This document shows positions 25,006 to 38,844 of a stretch of 64,000 nucleotides of DNA, piece after piece; position 1 is the first letter of the stretch; each line of letters starts with the position of its first letter. This DNA is from Octopus sinensis. Lineage: Eukaryota. The notes under the pieces were generated by a model. That model did not search any database. It was not told the DNA's origin and saw only the letters and a list, made by a program, of their open reading frames with translations. The position numbers were made by a program, and so were the translations under genes. The stretch lies in contig NC_043007.1 of NCBI RefSeq assembly GCF_006345805.1, positions 66,402,001-66,466,000 on the forward strand, read 5' to 3'.

Positions 25006-25030
25006 ATTATTATTATTATTATTATTAATA

Positions 25031-25067
<37 letters not shown>

Positions 25068-25093
25068 CATTATTATCATTATTATTATTATTA

Positions 25094-25165
<72 letters not shown>
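25006..25165. repeat. (ATT)n microsatellite
   Basis: Direct inspection. Confidence 0.95.
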
Positions 25166-25167
<2 letters not shown>

Positions 25168-26404
25168 ATCTGTCTATATCAGATCTTTCTTTTTTTTTTC
25201 CTCCGAGCATCCAAATAAGAAAGGTTTTCTGATTTTGGAATTGTTGTATATCAGTCTAAAAAACACTTTGAAAGATTGAAAATATTGTTAAGCGTAATTC
25301 GCACTAAATTTCTAATATGTGTCGCAAAAAACAGAAAAAACATGTTTGTGTTGTGACTCCCAGATATATATAAATATTTATCATTTGAAGGGGCGGGAAA
25401 AAAAAATGTTATCGTTAATGCTTTCCGGATAGGCAGTGATGTTGTACATTCCCTTTTCTTAACAGTAAATATATCAAAATGCATGCATATGTAGACGCCA
25501 TTTTAATACAAACATTTTTCTCTTTCTCTAACTCTGTAACAGTCACTTTATATCTGTTATGAATCTCCAGCTTATAAAAGTGCTTCGAAGTGAAATATGG
25601 TGTAAGGGTGACGCTAGCACACACATACGCAGTAAAATAGTGAGAAAGCAAGAGCGGGAGAGAAGAAGAGACAGAAAAAAAGAGACAGACAGATAGACAA
25701 AATGGAAGACACAACACTCATCGTTAGACTCAACCATGCAAAGATGGAAGACGACAGAAGGAACTCACTAGGCTCTACAGCCTAAGGTCATATTCCAGGT
25801 CTTATAAAAATACGAATAGAAAATAGAAAATTATCAGTTAAAACACAATATAAACGATTTTAATGGGCTGTATCTTTTTTGTTTAGTTGTGAGGTTTCAA
25901 GTATAATTTGGTATGTGCGTAAGCGTGAGGAAGAGAGTGTATGTGTGCGTGTGTGATTGTGTGCTTGTGTGTGAATGTGTGTGTGCGTCCGTGTGTGTAT
26001 GTGTCTGTGAGTGTGTATGTGTGTGTGTGCGATAGTCCTGCTGCAAAAATACAGCACTGCGATCACAGTAAGTAACTTGGTTATTATTAATTCATTATCG
26101 TAGCCAATTCTTTGCATTCTCGTTATAAACGCAGATCGGAAATGTACCGTATGTACCGGTGTAGAAGACGTACATTTTTTAAATTCTTAAATGTAACCAA
26201 AAAATTGCCATGCTTCAGATGCGACCGTATTATGAATAAGATATCGAGTGTAATAATGCATGATAAAACATTAAATTTGTTTTTCCCACAAAATATAACT
26301 TTTTTTTTTTTTCAGAAAAAATAGAGTCTTATGCGAGAGTGCATCTTCTACACCGGCAAATAGTGTGTGAATATCTCGAAATCGTATTCATCAATTTTAT
26401 ATAT

Positions 26405-26540
26405 AGATGGGTTTCCATGCAGTTTCCATCACATGGCTTTGGTCAGCCCGGAACTATTGGAGAGAATACGTACTCAAGATACCACCCAGAAGCTCGAAGT
26501 CAAAACAATGCGGTTTACAAATTGTATTTCTTAACCACAC
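26405..26540 (-). mobile_element. SINE family A, 5' half (diverged)
   Basis: ggctttggtcagcccgg...ttcttaaccacacc. Confidence 0.5.
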
Positions 26541-26704
26541 CAAAAAAAACAAGGAACAGCCGACCTACTAAGCGTAGCGAAATATTGCAAAAATCTTTCT
26601 CAGCCTCGCCACCGTGTCTACCATTCACCACTCGTATACGCTTGTATGTATGTGTGTATGCATGTGTGTGCAAGTGTATGTGTATGTATGTAATAATCCT
26701 TTCT

Positions 26705-27095
26705 AATATAAGCACAAAGCCTGGAATTCGTGGGGAGAGGGATAGTCGATTACATCGACCCCAATACTTGACTGATACTTAATTTATCGATCCCTAAAGG
26801 ATGAAAGGCAAAATCGACCTCGACGGAATTTAAACTCGGAACGTAAAGACAGACGAAATACCTATTTCTTTACTACCCACAAGGGGCTAAACACAGAGGG
26901 GACAAACAAGGACAGACAAACGGATTAAGTCGATTACATCGACTCCAGTGCGTAACTGGTACTTAATTTATCGACCCACAACGGATGACAGGCAAAATCG
27001 ACATCGGCGGAATTTGAACTTAGAACGTAACGGCAGACGAAATACGGCTACGCATTTCGCCGGCGTGCTAACGTTTCTGTCAGCTCGCCGCCTTT
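26705..27095 (-). mobile_element. SINE family B, dimeric (two cores) variant
   Basis: Head, core, linker (ttgtctgtccttgtttgtcccctctgtgtttagccccttgtgggtagtaaagaaat on the sense strand), second B-box and core, then tail. Confidence 0.85.
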
Positions 27096-27352
27096 TGTAT
27101 ATATATAATAATAACTATAAGGTTAAAGCTTATGTATTGGTTAAAGAAAAAATAGTCTAATATTGTGGTTAATTACTATTTGTAAATCTCTCAACGAGAG
27201 ATATTCAGTAACAGTACTCAAAAGTAAAGATTATTTGCCAACATAACATGGCAGTCCTGGTTTAGAACGAATGTTGTTGTAATTTAGTCCCAGGAGGCAT
27301 AGTCTCCAGGTGACTATACCACGCGGTATTTTCGAACAAGGGCATTATAAGC

Positions 27353-27386
<34 letters not shown>

Positions 27387-27418
27387 AGAATCTTCACCCG
27401 TCACTGCTTTTCCATTTA

Positions 27419-27462
<44 letters not shown>

Positions 27463-27963
27463 ACACACACATAGGTATATATATATTCGGGCAAATGTGT
27501 GCAGGCGGGATGAGAGTCTGCTGTGCCCACAGTTCTTTTATTTCTAAAAAATATAGCTTAAGCCACTGTTGTATTTAACAAGTGAGCTATCATCATATGC
27601 AAGGAGTCTCATAAAGATGAACCAGAATTTAAACGCAAATGTTGAATAAGCACATCTATGAAGGAAATTGTATAACATAAACGTGGCCATCAGTTCCATT
27701 ATTATAAAAAACGCTTTATATATCTACGTTTGTGTATATATGACAATAGTATTTTGACTTACGCTCTAACAATTCATCCAGTTCGTCGCCTAATATATAT
27801 ATCTAATAAGATCATAAAAATTTATTTACTATTTTCACTGTGTGTGTGCATGTGTGTGTGTGTGTGAGGGGGTGTTTGTGTGTGTATACCTTGCAACAGG
27901 ACTTTCCATACCCATCAACCTAAACTTCCGCACTCATAATACTTGTATGTTCTGAAAAGGCCG

Positions 27964-28010
<47 letters not shown>

Positions 28011-28220
28011 TACATATATACTTCAGCAAAATGTAACTACGCACGTGCTGCTGGCGATTTCTTCCCCTTCTTTGAATTTTTCCCTTCCTTTTTTCCCGAC
28101 GAAGTGCTATGCTCGAAATGTCAAAACTCTACCTTCCTCCTTCTTCCTTTCTCGTTATCTGTTATTGTTAATTTTATTGTTCGTTTATTTAAATTTACTA
28201 CACACACACATACATATATG

Positions 28221-28251
<31 letters not shown>

Positions 28252-30464
28252 TATATATATAGATATATATATATACATATATATATATATAATAAGAAAG
28301 ATGAAACGAATTGGCGTTTTGGATACCACTACACACGTTTTTGTAGCGAATTTTATTTAGAATACATTATATGCCTTGACATGTAACAACATGCATCATC
28401 ATGTACCATTATGTAAAATAGTGTTTTTATAAAGTGTCATTTCTTTAGGTAATATATTCTTTGAATTTTTGGGTGGGAGAGTGGGGAGTGATATTCAACT
28501 TTGACATGATGATTTAACGAAAGGATTTAAATAATAAAGAATGCCATTCGAGGAATTTTGAAATATTAGGAGTGTATATTTAAGCCACCGACCAATCGAA
28601 TCACTATATGTGTGTGCATGTGTGTGTGTGTGTGTGTGTGTGTCAAAAGACAGTTTGCAGTTGTTCTTTCTTGACAAAGATTGTGCTCAGTTATAAACAA
28701 TCTGCGTTAAAATATCAAAAGTTTTCACATACTATTTGACATCTTTAATCAGCGGTGTTTCTCTTTTGTTGAATTATTTTGCTATCTGCCTTAAAAACTA
28801 ACCTAAAACAAAATTCATCTATTCTGGATTTCCTGATAGCTTTGGCTGTCCAAAATTAATTATCATGTGAATATGAGAAGGCTATGTAATATTATTACAC
28901 GATAACATTATCCTTCCCCTTAATATATTTTAAACCTAAAATTCAAAAAGTTTTAAAACTGAGGCTTCTTAAATACGAACCCGGAGTTTGACTTTAAAAT
29001 AGAAACATGATCTCAGAAAATAAATAAAGTAACCATCTTCACTACATGAGATTGTATCTTGTGGTTAACATTGACATGAAGCAGGCTTTATGACATACAT
29101 TCATACATTCATTTGGGTGTTTTTGTGTTTTACTCTGCTCTCGAGTTACCAGTATTTCGTTGATACGACATGGTTAGGAAGTTTTATTTCTAAGAAACAT
29201 GACGGCAATTGTTTTCAGAGATTAAGGATTTGTTTTATTGCTCTAGCCAATTTTTATTGGTTTTAAACTTATTTATTATGTAATTTTTTTCTTTATTAAT
29301 TCTGTTGCAGGCAGATAATTTGGACATTGAGTTGATGGAAGCAGTAGAAAGACAACTTTCTTTTAATTTACTTCCTCTAAGTCGTGAGTTCAAATTTCGT
29401 ATTAGTCACTTTTATCTAACAGCACTCCTGTATCAATAAAATTACAATCAGTCATATAGCATGGACAGTTCATTCAACTATGTACTCACATCTACGAATC
29501 TTTGCCTAACGCCCAGAAAATAGCAGAAAAAGATTTTGTAACGAGATAACACCGCCAAAATATTTCGTAAGGAAAAAACCAATGCGAGGAATAATAATAA
29601 TACTAACTTCATTGTTTTTAAATATATACGAGTTCAGCATGTCGGAGACCAATATATTCTTATAATTATTCACGCAATTGCTACACTGCTAAAAGTACTT
29701 AACATTTTGAACCATGTTCACACCAAACATTTTTGTCTTTTTACCAAGCTCATATATTGCAGTGACACATACATTTCATAAGTCTGACACACCTCATAAA
29801 TAATACGTTTCCCCCATGTTCATTATATATATATATATATATTTATAGTTACTGTTAACATTAACCTATAGTGGTTGCTCACTTTATCAAATATTTTTAA
29901 TCCTCTCGTTAACAGAATTAGCAGCCTCGTTTATCGAACATTTCGTTGTAATTTATTGCAATAACAATAAATTCTGACAGCTTTTCATTCTAGTCTTATC
30001 TTCTATCGACTTAGTTTTATCAAATACCTCATTAATATCACGGCTGAGAGGTGGGGTGTGAGTCTTAAGGAGAGAGAAAATTAGCTTTTGGAGAGCTAAG
30101 ACCGCAAATGATGTATATTTTTACCCCCATTTTAGAATGGAGACATGTTTATTTCTCCTACTATATTTACTACATTTGCGGTCTACCAGTGAAGTAGCTC
30201 CTATGTGGTTGTCAAACATTTTAGAAATAGCAATCACATCTACCTCATATGACACCCTACCGAATTACAAAGGAAGGGGCACGTTAAATTATATAGTCCT
30301 TGATACCCAATTTCTGAGAGAATGACAGGAGTGTCATGACTAGAACGCCCTATTCAGAACAAAACGCACACAACAGTAGCTACAATACATTTGAGAACGA
30401 CTTGAATGACACATAATACTATTTATCCCAGCTTTTTTTCTGCATAAATTGTAAGAAACAATAA

Positions 30465-30785
30465 TGGAGCTCCGTCGGATTTCGACGATGAGTTTGCAGT
30501 TGTTCAATTAACTGATCTATTTGTTCTCTGAATTACCACGTAAGTGACTAAATATATCTCAGATATATATACCCTTAAGGTAATCAATGTGGCACTGTGT
30601 GTGACAAGGCTGCTCCTTTAAATTACAAGTGCTTCCACATAGTTTCTATTAAACTTGCTTCACTCACAAGGATTGGAACGATCCGACATTATGGTATAAG
30701 ACACTGGCCCAAGATACCACACATAGTAATGGAATTCGAAGCTTCGAAATCGCGAAGCAAAGTTCTTAATCATTCGGCAACACAT
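30465..30785 (-). mobile_element. SINE family F (A-like head and body, C3-like tail), old
   Basis: Reverse complement: ccttgtgagtgaa..tagaaactatgtggaagc, then gcagccttgtcacac...catcgtcgaaatccgacggagctcca. Confidence 0.6.
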
Positions 30786-32210
30786 TTTATATATACCTTG
30801 CATAGTGTTAATGTAAAGTATTACTCGTAATGGTGACATGACGATGAAGAACGCATAGGAAGAAGATTTCAAAATCGAGCTTCATCGACCTGGCTACATT
30901 ACTGTTAAGAACTGCACCTTTCTAGTGCTTTGTCGTTTTGATTTGGTCAACTAACAACATTAGATATTTTATTTTTATTTTTATTTTTAAAGTGAAGAAC
31001 TCTATAGGATATCATTAAATTAAAAATAAAGAAAATTAGAGCTCAAACAGTGATGCAGCACGGAATTTTGTCAGTGAACATGTCGCGGTCTCAAAGCGAC
31101 GAAAATATCTTGGCAAATTAAATTTAAATGTTGAAGTGAATCTAACGATTTTTGTGTTTCTTAAATGGTTTATAAACACCTTCCACACTGCAATTGATTT
31201 GATTCCAGCACACGATCTCAGATCAGATCACTTGCTATGCAAGTAAATCTCCAAAATTAGAACTGACCAACAGGAAATCTTTATATATATATACATACAA
31301 ACATACATGCATGCATTCTCAAACATGCGTACATATAAATACATACACACGGACACACATGCATGCATGCACACACACACTCACATAACTATGTATATAA
31401 ACACAAACACACACATACATCTCAAATATATATAGATGAACCCATTATATCATTTTCCTTCCTTCCCTTCTCTTCCACTCTGAAATTACGCAGTGACCTT
31501 TGCTATTCTGCGGTTTTCCTTAAGCTAATTTCCCTGAATTATAATTAGCTGGATCTCCATTAATAAAAGCTAATACTTTGTTAGTTCTGCAGTAATTAAT
31601 CGAAACATTTTAATCAAGTTAAATTAAGTAAATGAATTACTGATGCTAGAATTTATTATATTATAGTATTTATTACATTGGTCGACACATATTTTCTGGC
31701 ACAAGTTTTATAAATGGTTCTTTAGAGTGCTGAATACAAATCTGGCATCAGATTTTGTCTATCACATCAGATTTTTTAGTCTTTTATTTTTGCTAGAAAC
31801 TGCTATTTAGTGCTCATAAAGGAAGAATTAAATATACGTAGATGCAATTTTTAATAGACAATATGTCTTTTTATTTACCTAATAAATCAAAATACAAAGT
31901 TGTGGGAGTAAATGTACATTAGTATGTAAGAATTATGCTTGCTGATAACAAAATATGAATACAAAATCACTATTCCTTGTGGTCATTTAATCTGATCATT
32001 ATATTACTGCAAGAACTACCTTGTTTGACGATCTCTTGTGCACAGCTTCTGGAATATCTCTCATCAAGCTCCAGCGGCAATCTGCCATCATGTTTAAGTC
32101 CCATCGGCCTTGATAGCGTTCTTCCATTAATCTTACAACTTGATGAAAGTGTTCACCTTGTTCTTCGCTAACATCACTCAGGTTCTCGGGGTCGATTAAA
32201 TAGGTGCCAG

Positions 32211-32295
<85 letters not shown>

Positions 32296-32419
32296 TATAT
32301 AAATGTATGTATATATGCCTGCATATATGCATACGACGGCGTGGCTATGTGGCAAGAAGTTTGTTTCACACCCACATGGGTTGGAGTTCAATCACACTGC
32401 ATGGAATCTTTAATGCTCA

Positions 32420-32690
32420 CTCTACATCCAGCTCTGAGTTCAAATTCCGCCGAGGTCGACTTTGCTTTCATCTTTTCGGGGTCGATTAAATAAATACCAG
32501 TTACGCACTGGGATCGATATAATCGACTTAATCCGTTTGTCTGTCCTTGTTTGTCCCCTCTGTGTTTAGCCCGTTGTGGGTAGTAAAGAAATAGGTATTT
32601 CGTCTGCCACCACGTTCTGAGTTCAAATTCCGCCGAGGTCGACTTTTCCTTTCATCCTTTCGGGGTCGATTAAATAGGTGCCAGTTATTT
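32420..32690 (+). mobile_element. SINE family B, dimeric variant (truncated)
   Basis: Same linker as 26705-27095 between two gagttcaaattccgccgaggtcgac cores. Confidence 0.85.
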
Positions 32691-32692
32691 AT

Positions 32693-32765
<73 letters not shown>

Positions 32766-32798
32766 AATGTATGTATATATGCCTGCATATATGCATAC

Positions 32799-33213
32799 GA
32801 CGGCGTGGCTATGTGGTAACAAGTTTGCTTCCCATCCACATGGTTTGGAGTTCAGTCACACTGCGTGGCATCTTTGGTAAATGTTTGTCACTATAGCCCC
32901 GGGCTGACCAAAACTCTGTAAGTGGATTTGGTAGGCGGAACCTGTAAGAAATTCATTGTATATGTGCATATGCATGTGTATATTTGTGTATATATGTGTG
33001 TACACATGTGTCTGTGTTTGTGTTTGTCCCCAGCACCACTTGATAACTGGTGTTAGTCTGTTCACATCCCTGCACCCGAGCAGTTCGGCAAAACATTTCG
33101 ATAGAATAAGTACCCGTGTTAAAATACAAGTTCGGGTGTCGATCCATTCAGTTAAAACTCTTCAAGACGATGCCGGAGCATAGTCGCAGTCTGATGACTG
33201 AAACAAATAAAAG
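32799..33213 (+). mobile_element. SINE family A, full length
   Basis: Head cgtggctatgtggtaac through tail gatgactgaaacaaataaaag. Confidence 0.8.
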
Positions 33214-33419
33214 ATTATGCGTATATATAGGATGATGTTTAAGAGTAGTACTTTGTGCGTGCTTTATTCGGTCGACCTCAGACTAATATTGGCAAAGTCG
33301 ATTTTGGTGCGTTTCGAACTCTGGGTGTAAAACTACATAACAAAATTCCGCAGAGTACCCTATTCGTTGCGCTATTCCTACTCTACCAATCCATCGTCCA
33401 CCAAACAATAATAGTGACG

Positions 33420-33625
33420 GCTTTAAATTTTGCCACAGGGCCAGTAATTTTGAACGGAGGGCAATCGATTTGATCGAGTCCAGTATTTGATTGGTGCAAT
33501 ATTTTATTAACCCTGAAGTATGAAAAGCAAAATTGACCTCGATGAGATTTGAACTCAGATCATAATGAGCCGGGAGAAATGCCACTAGGTACTTTGTCCG
33601 ACACGCTAGTAATTTTGTCAACTCG
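33420..33625 (-). mobile_element. SINE family B (diverged)
   Basis: Reverse complement of core (aaaagcaaaattgacctcgatgagatttgaactcag). Confidence 0.7.
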
Positions 33626-33639
33626 ATCACAAGGAATAT

Positions 33640-34099
33640 TCATAGAGTATTCCTTGTGAGCATAATATCTCGGTAAAAGAATTTGATTAGCTCAGAAAAT
33701 ATAAAGATTTGCTCATTGAAATAGAAACAAAATGTGGCATTTCAAGACGGTTACAATACCAGTGGTTGTAGTAGCATTTAGAATGATCAAAAAAGGAACA
33801 AAAAATTATTTTAGAATGATCCATGCTTTCCATTCAAGCAAAAATGCAAAATATTGTTTTAACTGGTGCGTCACACGTATTGAGAAAAGCATTGTCGCCG
33901 AGAGAACAATTATAGCCCACGTAGGCATTTTGTAATTTTTTCTTTTTTTCATTCTTTTTCTTTCACATAACTTTACTTTGTAAATGAACAACATGCTGTG
34001 TTTATTTTAATGGCTTATCAATGTATACAGTGAATTTCTTTGCCCCAGGTGGCGGAAAGACGCTCAGCAAAAAATGGAGGCAAAATTGAAAAAAAAATT

Positions 34100-34100
<1 letters not shown>
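33640..34100 (+). mobile_element. R4/Dong-like RLE 3' end (second subfamily)
   Basis: PCEHNISVKEFD.LRKYKDLLIEIE..., followed by a 3' UTR ending in (AAT)n. Homologous to 34820-35250. Confidence 0.75.
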
Positions 34101-34144
<44 letters not shown>

Positions 34145-34146
<2 letters not shown>

Positions 34147-34316
34147 GGCCAGCAATTTTTAGGTTTGGGACTAGTCAATTACTTATTTTATGAACTCCAA
34201 AAGAATGAAAGGCAAAGTTCATCTCGACGGAATTTGAACTCAGAACATAAAGACGGACGACATGCCGCTAAGCATTTTGTTCAGCGCGGTAAAGATTCTG
34301 CTTGCTCGACGCCTTA
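34145..34316 (-). mobile_element. SINE family B
   Basis: Reverse complement of head (ctgcttgctcgacgcctta) and core. Its tail merges with the (AAT)n tract. Confidence 0.8.
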
Positions 34317-34336
34317 GTAGTAGTAGTAGTAGTAAT

Positions 34337-34474
34337 AAGATATGAGATCTCCATGTCGTGCACATATGGTTGTGATGCATGTGCCTAGTGTACCCTTATC
34401 AGTCATGATGGGTATACTGGGCTTCGTATATTTACCCCAGTGTCACTTTGGTGGCATGCACTGCTCTCTCACTC
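34337..34474 (+). mobile_element. Family D element, 3' part with (AAT)n tail
   Basis: Reverse complement of part of 24260-24420. Confidence 0.85.
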
Positions 34475-34494
34475 AATAATAATAATAATAATAA

Positions 34495-35250
34495 TGTGAT
34501 GAAAATGGAGTAGACCAAAAGTACCGATACTGCAACGATGAAATTGAAATAGTGGACCACCTAATCTCTGGATATGAGGTTTTAGAACCAGTAGAGTATA
34601 AATCTAGACATGACAGAGTTGGCCAATATCGCGTCGGATAATATGTCGGCTTCATATAATCAAAACTGTTGACAAATGGTACAAGCACCATCCAGAGGCT
34701 GTAACTGAGGAATAAGCTGTAACGATACTTTGGGGCTTTCCTGTATATACAGACTGGACCATGAAAGCTAATAAACCTGATGTTATCTTGGAAGACCAAA
34801 ACAATAAAATCTGTTTATTGATTGACATGAGCATACCTTGTGATCATAATATCTCGGTAAAAGAATTTGATAAGTTCAGAAAATATAAAGATCTGTTACA
34901 TTACCAGTGATTGTAGGAGCACTTGGAATGATCAAATAGGGAACTGAAAATCATTTTAGGATGATCCCTGGCTTACCATCCATGCAGGAAGTACAAAAAC
35001 TTATCATAACTGGTACGTCACACGTATTAAGAGCATTGTCGCAGTGAATTCTCTTTCCTTTTTCCCCCTTATTTCGTTTTTTTTTTCATATTTTACTTTT
35101 CCTTCTTTTCTCTGTCTTTCCTTTTTTTCTATCACATGACTTCGTAAATGAGCTATATGGTGTGTTTATTTTGATGGCCTACCAATGTATTCAGTGAGTT
35201 TCTTTGCCCTAGGTGTTGGGAATACGCTCGGTAAAAAATGAAAGCAACAT
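34495..35250 (+). mobile_element. R4/Dong-like RLE retrotransposon, 5'-truncated and decayed
   Basis: KYRYCNDEIEIVDHLISG...EYKSRHDRVG, ANKPDVILED.NNKICLLIDMSIPCD, VIVGALGMI. Flanked by (AAT)n. Confidence 0.85.
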
Positions 35251-35268
35251 TGAAAGAAGAAGAAGAAG

Positions 35269-35316
<48 letters not shown>

Positions 35317-35409
35317 TAATAATAATAATAATAATAATAAGCATGAACTACTCTCTCACTCAATAATAATAATAATAATAATAATAAATAATAATAATAA
35401 TAATAATTG

Positions 35410-35720
35410 CTTCAAATTTTCACACAATTTCAGTAATTTTGATGGCTGGTGTTAGTCTGACGATTTTGTCATGATAATTGCTAGTCTTGTGCCAAAATAA
35501 TAATCATTTCTGATTTAGGCACCAGACTAGCAATTTTTGAGGGAAAGAGATTAGTCGATGCCATTGAGTCGTTTTTTATTGGTACTTTATTTTATCGACC
35601 CCACAAAAGGATTAACAGCATCAATGACTTCGGCGGCAGTTGTGACTCAAAACATAAAAGCCTGGAAGAAACATCGCTAAGCATATTATGTGATGCTCTA
35701 CTGGTTTTATCAATCTGCCG
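35410..35720 (-). mobile_element. SINE family B tail fragment plus diverged copy
   Basis: ttcaaattttcacacaa.. tail; ttggtactttattttatcgacccc core. Confidence 0.65.
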
Positions 35721-35764
35721 ATCCAATAACATAAATAGCAGTATTATCATCATTACTATTATTT

Positions 35765-36074
35765 TTTTTATGCGCCCTTTTCAAGCCTAGCCAGGCTCAT
35801 GGGCCCGGTGTCCCGGTTTCTATGGCGCATGTGCTCCCCCCAGCTGGACGGAGCGCCAGTCCATCGCAGCGTTACTCAAGAAACAGGAAGAAAGAGTGAG
35901 AGAAAGTTGAGACGAAAGAGTACTACAGGAGTCGCTACCACCCCCTGCCGGAGCCTCGTGGAGCTTTAGGTGTTTTTGCTCAATAAACGCACACAAAACG
36001 CCCGGTCTGGGAATCGAAACTGCGATCCTACGACCGCGAGTCCGCTACCCTAACCACTGGACCATTGCGCCTCC
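35765..36074 (-). mobile_element. SINE family C, tail type 2, full length
   Basis: Same as 13270-13568, with a more complete tail (gagtaacgctgcgatggactggcg...). Confidence 0.9.
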
Positions 36075-36513
36075 ACCATTACTATTATTACTCATTAATA
36101 ATAATATTGAAAATAATAATAATAATAACTTATTATGTGTAATAATCACGAAACACACTACTAAGGGCGTTCGTCTTACACCGCTTTATTATACCTAGTT
36201 CCGCATTCTACAATTTTGTTATCCAATCAGAGCTTTGTGGCTTACATAAAATGAGTAATACAGTTGAGGTCACACAGCATTGGGCTTGTTATAATTAATC
36301 TGCCCATCCCCATTTTTACAAAATTGCATTGTTACCTCGCAAACAACAGCGTTATTTATTTGTATTATTTCGTTAATTTATACGCATATTTATTTATTTA
36401 TTTATTTACGTATTTATTGGGCGACAATCTTGGATGTTGTTTATGTAAACCAAAAATCAGCTCACCTTTCCGACTTTATCACTGCTGTTGCTGTTGATGC
36501 TTCTGCTCCTGAT

Positions 36514-36573
36514 CTTCTTCTTCTTCTTCTTCTTCTTCTTCTTCTTCTTCTTCTTCTTCTTCTTCTTCTTCTT

Positions 36574-36603
<30 letters not shown>
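36514..36603. repeat. (CTT)n microsatellite
   Basis: Direct inspection. Confidence 0.95.
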
Positions 36604-36604
<1 letters not shown>

Positions 36605-37320
36605 ATAAGAAATAAGTGGAAATTTTACCGGTGAGTATGTTACATTATAAGGCACTAAAAGAAAATGACTCTCCCCGGACGCAACAGAATATGCTTCAAC
36701 ACACGAACTCATATAACGAATCTTGCAAACCAAATCCAAAAACGAAATGTCCTTTTTTTATTTCACTTTTTCCGAGCAGTAATCTTCCCTGGACTACATA
36801 CTCAATTATTTTCCACTTTTACGAGAAAACAGTGTCATTTGAGGAAGATTCAGTTGTTGTTTAACACAGCCTCAAAGAATTTTCTATCTTACACAGTTTA
36901 ATGACGAGCAAAGTTACCCTGGTAGGGAGACTGCTGCAATAAAAAAGAAGACAGTAACATTTGCACCATTGTATTGAATGTGGTGAGCCACGACATCTGA
37001 ATTATGTAACATTACACGTGCATTGAGAAGATAAATATCATTATCAGAATTACTAGTTATGGTTAAGGAACACACTGGAGGCAACCCCAAAAATTAAAAT
37101 TATCGTTAATTACAAATAGAATTTGTTGGGGGGGGGGGTTGAGTTTGATCTCTAGAGATATGGTGGCAACTTCAGGCATGTTCTGGTATTGTTAGATTTC
37201 ATCAGCGAGGCTTATGTTTGAATGAGTTTGATGCAATCGGTGTAATTCGGATCAAAGTTGGGTTTGACTATGACTGAACAAACAGCAGATTTTTGAAGAC
37301 ATTAACAATTTAGCTGTCGA

Positions 37321-37650
37321 AGCAGTATGGCCTAATGGTTAAAAAGTTCGCTCCACAAACACGAAGTCTTGTGTTCAACCCCAACGCATGGTATCATTTA
37401 ACCTCGGGTTAGCTGATACCTTGTAAGTGAAATTGGATAGGCGGAAACTGCATTAAAACCCGTCAAGTGGATTGTACCTGTAATTTTAAAGATCATCCTT
37501 GTCACACATTGCGTCACGCTGATACTGCCTAAGAGTTATATTAGGTGTGTATGTTTCTGTGGACAGCTCAGCCATTTACACTTTAATTTAGGAGGAGGTA
37601 ATTGAGTTCGATCAAAGTATTGAATCTTCATCGTCGATCGACGGAGATTC
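37321..37650 (+). mobile_element. SINE family F (A-like head and body, C3-like tail), old
   Basis: tggcctaatggttaa head, ccttgtaagtgaaattggataggcggaaact body, tgtacctgtaatttt..ccttgtcacac..gtcacgctga..catcgtcgatcgacggag tail. Confidence 0.65.
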
Positions 37651-38844
37651 ACTAATATCGCCACCATTGAACGGTTTGTGTTAATTACAGGCTTCGGTCT
37701 TATTATTAGGATTATTCATTATTTTATTATTAGTAAAATTTGGCAGTTATAGGGAAGTTTGTTATTGTAGAGTAGCTAGCTTCAAGTTATGATTAAGATT
37801 TGTTTCTGTATTTGTGTCCCGTAAGAGAATATAAAAGTTTAAGCTGGGAAAATATTTGCCGAATATTAATAATACGAATATTAGTAATATGGTGTGAATT
37901 ATACAAAATCATTTTCCTTTTGCATTTCTTAATAATATTATGCGTATATAACATTAGTCTTTAATATTATATACTAATATAATAATTTTAGTCTTTAAGA
38001 CCTATAATTGTTTGTGCATTGTTATACAGGCTTTCTACACTAATAAATTAATTTTTGTTATATGAAATTACAAAGACTATTTTGTTATTAAAATACATTT
38101 GAGTAAATGAAGTTCCAATCTAATCCATAATATTAAATGTTTTGTTTTAATTTGGGTTGAAATGTATTATTATCGTAAGATGAATATCCATCTAACATAT
38201 TCATTTTAAAGTTATTACTTATGTCAATTTTCTGATTCTCTTCGTCAAATTAATTTTATTTGCTCAATATATCTGCTTAATGTTCGTTAAATGTGTTAGA
38301 GATTTATAAAGGCCACTTTGAAAAGATTAGCTTTAGCATGAATCAAACGGAGAACTAAACCAATAAAATTAAATAGCTCACTGGAAGCGTTTGCTTCCGA
38401 TTTCACATCGAAAATCTTCATGTTGTTACTTTCTTTTATTTTTCTTTTGCATTTTTCTTTACGCATATGGTATTATTAGAGAAATTATAGACTTTTCGCA
38501 TGCAGTGTTTTCATGCCATTATCTGTCATGAGAGACTATTGTCCAGTAAATTCAAACATTTTAAAGCTACAGGCTTCGTTATAGAAGAATTAATAGTCAA
38601 TCATATCAGAGCTCTGCTTATAATGGAAGTTTTAAGCAGTGCGATTATGCCAGGGTTTTAACATTGATTGTCTTTTAAGCAAAAAAAGCCTCGTTAATGT
38701 TATCTAAAGTGTGCTTGAAAATGATTTGTAGTTCTATTTTAGTAGTTTTATCAAGACTTGTTGTGCACTTACTTCAGAAGTTGGTTTATGGTCCTTGAAA
38801 GTGAAGCATGTTTGTTAAGAGTATTTTTTTACTTTGATATTTAA

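Noticed and set aside
29311-29440. Strong splice acceptor (polypyrimidine tract + TGCAG) followed by a 42-codon open frame ADNLDIELMEAVERQL...
   Set aside because: No convincing donor, no recognisable homology and no partner exons. Not supportable without RNA-seq.
33191-33205. CTGATGACTGAAAC in a SINE A tail, resembling a hammerhead core
   Set aside because: There is no helix II between the core halves, and other copies read CAAATGA/CTAATGA.
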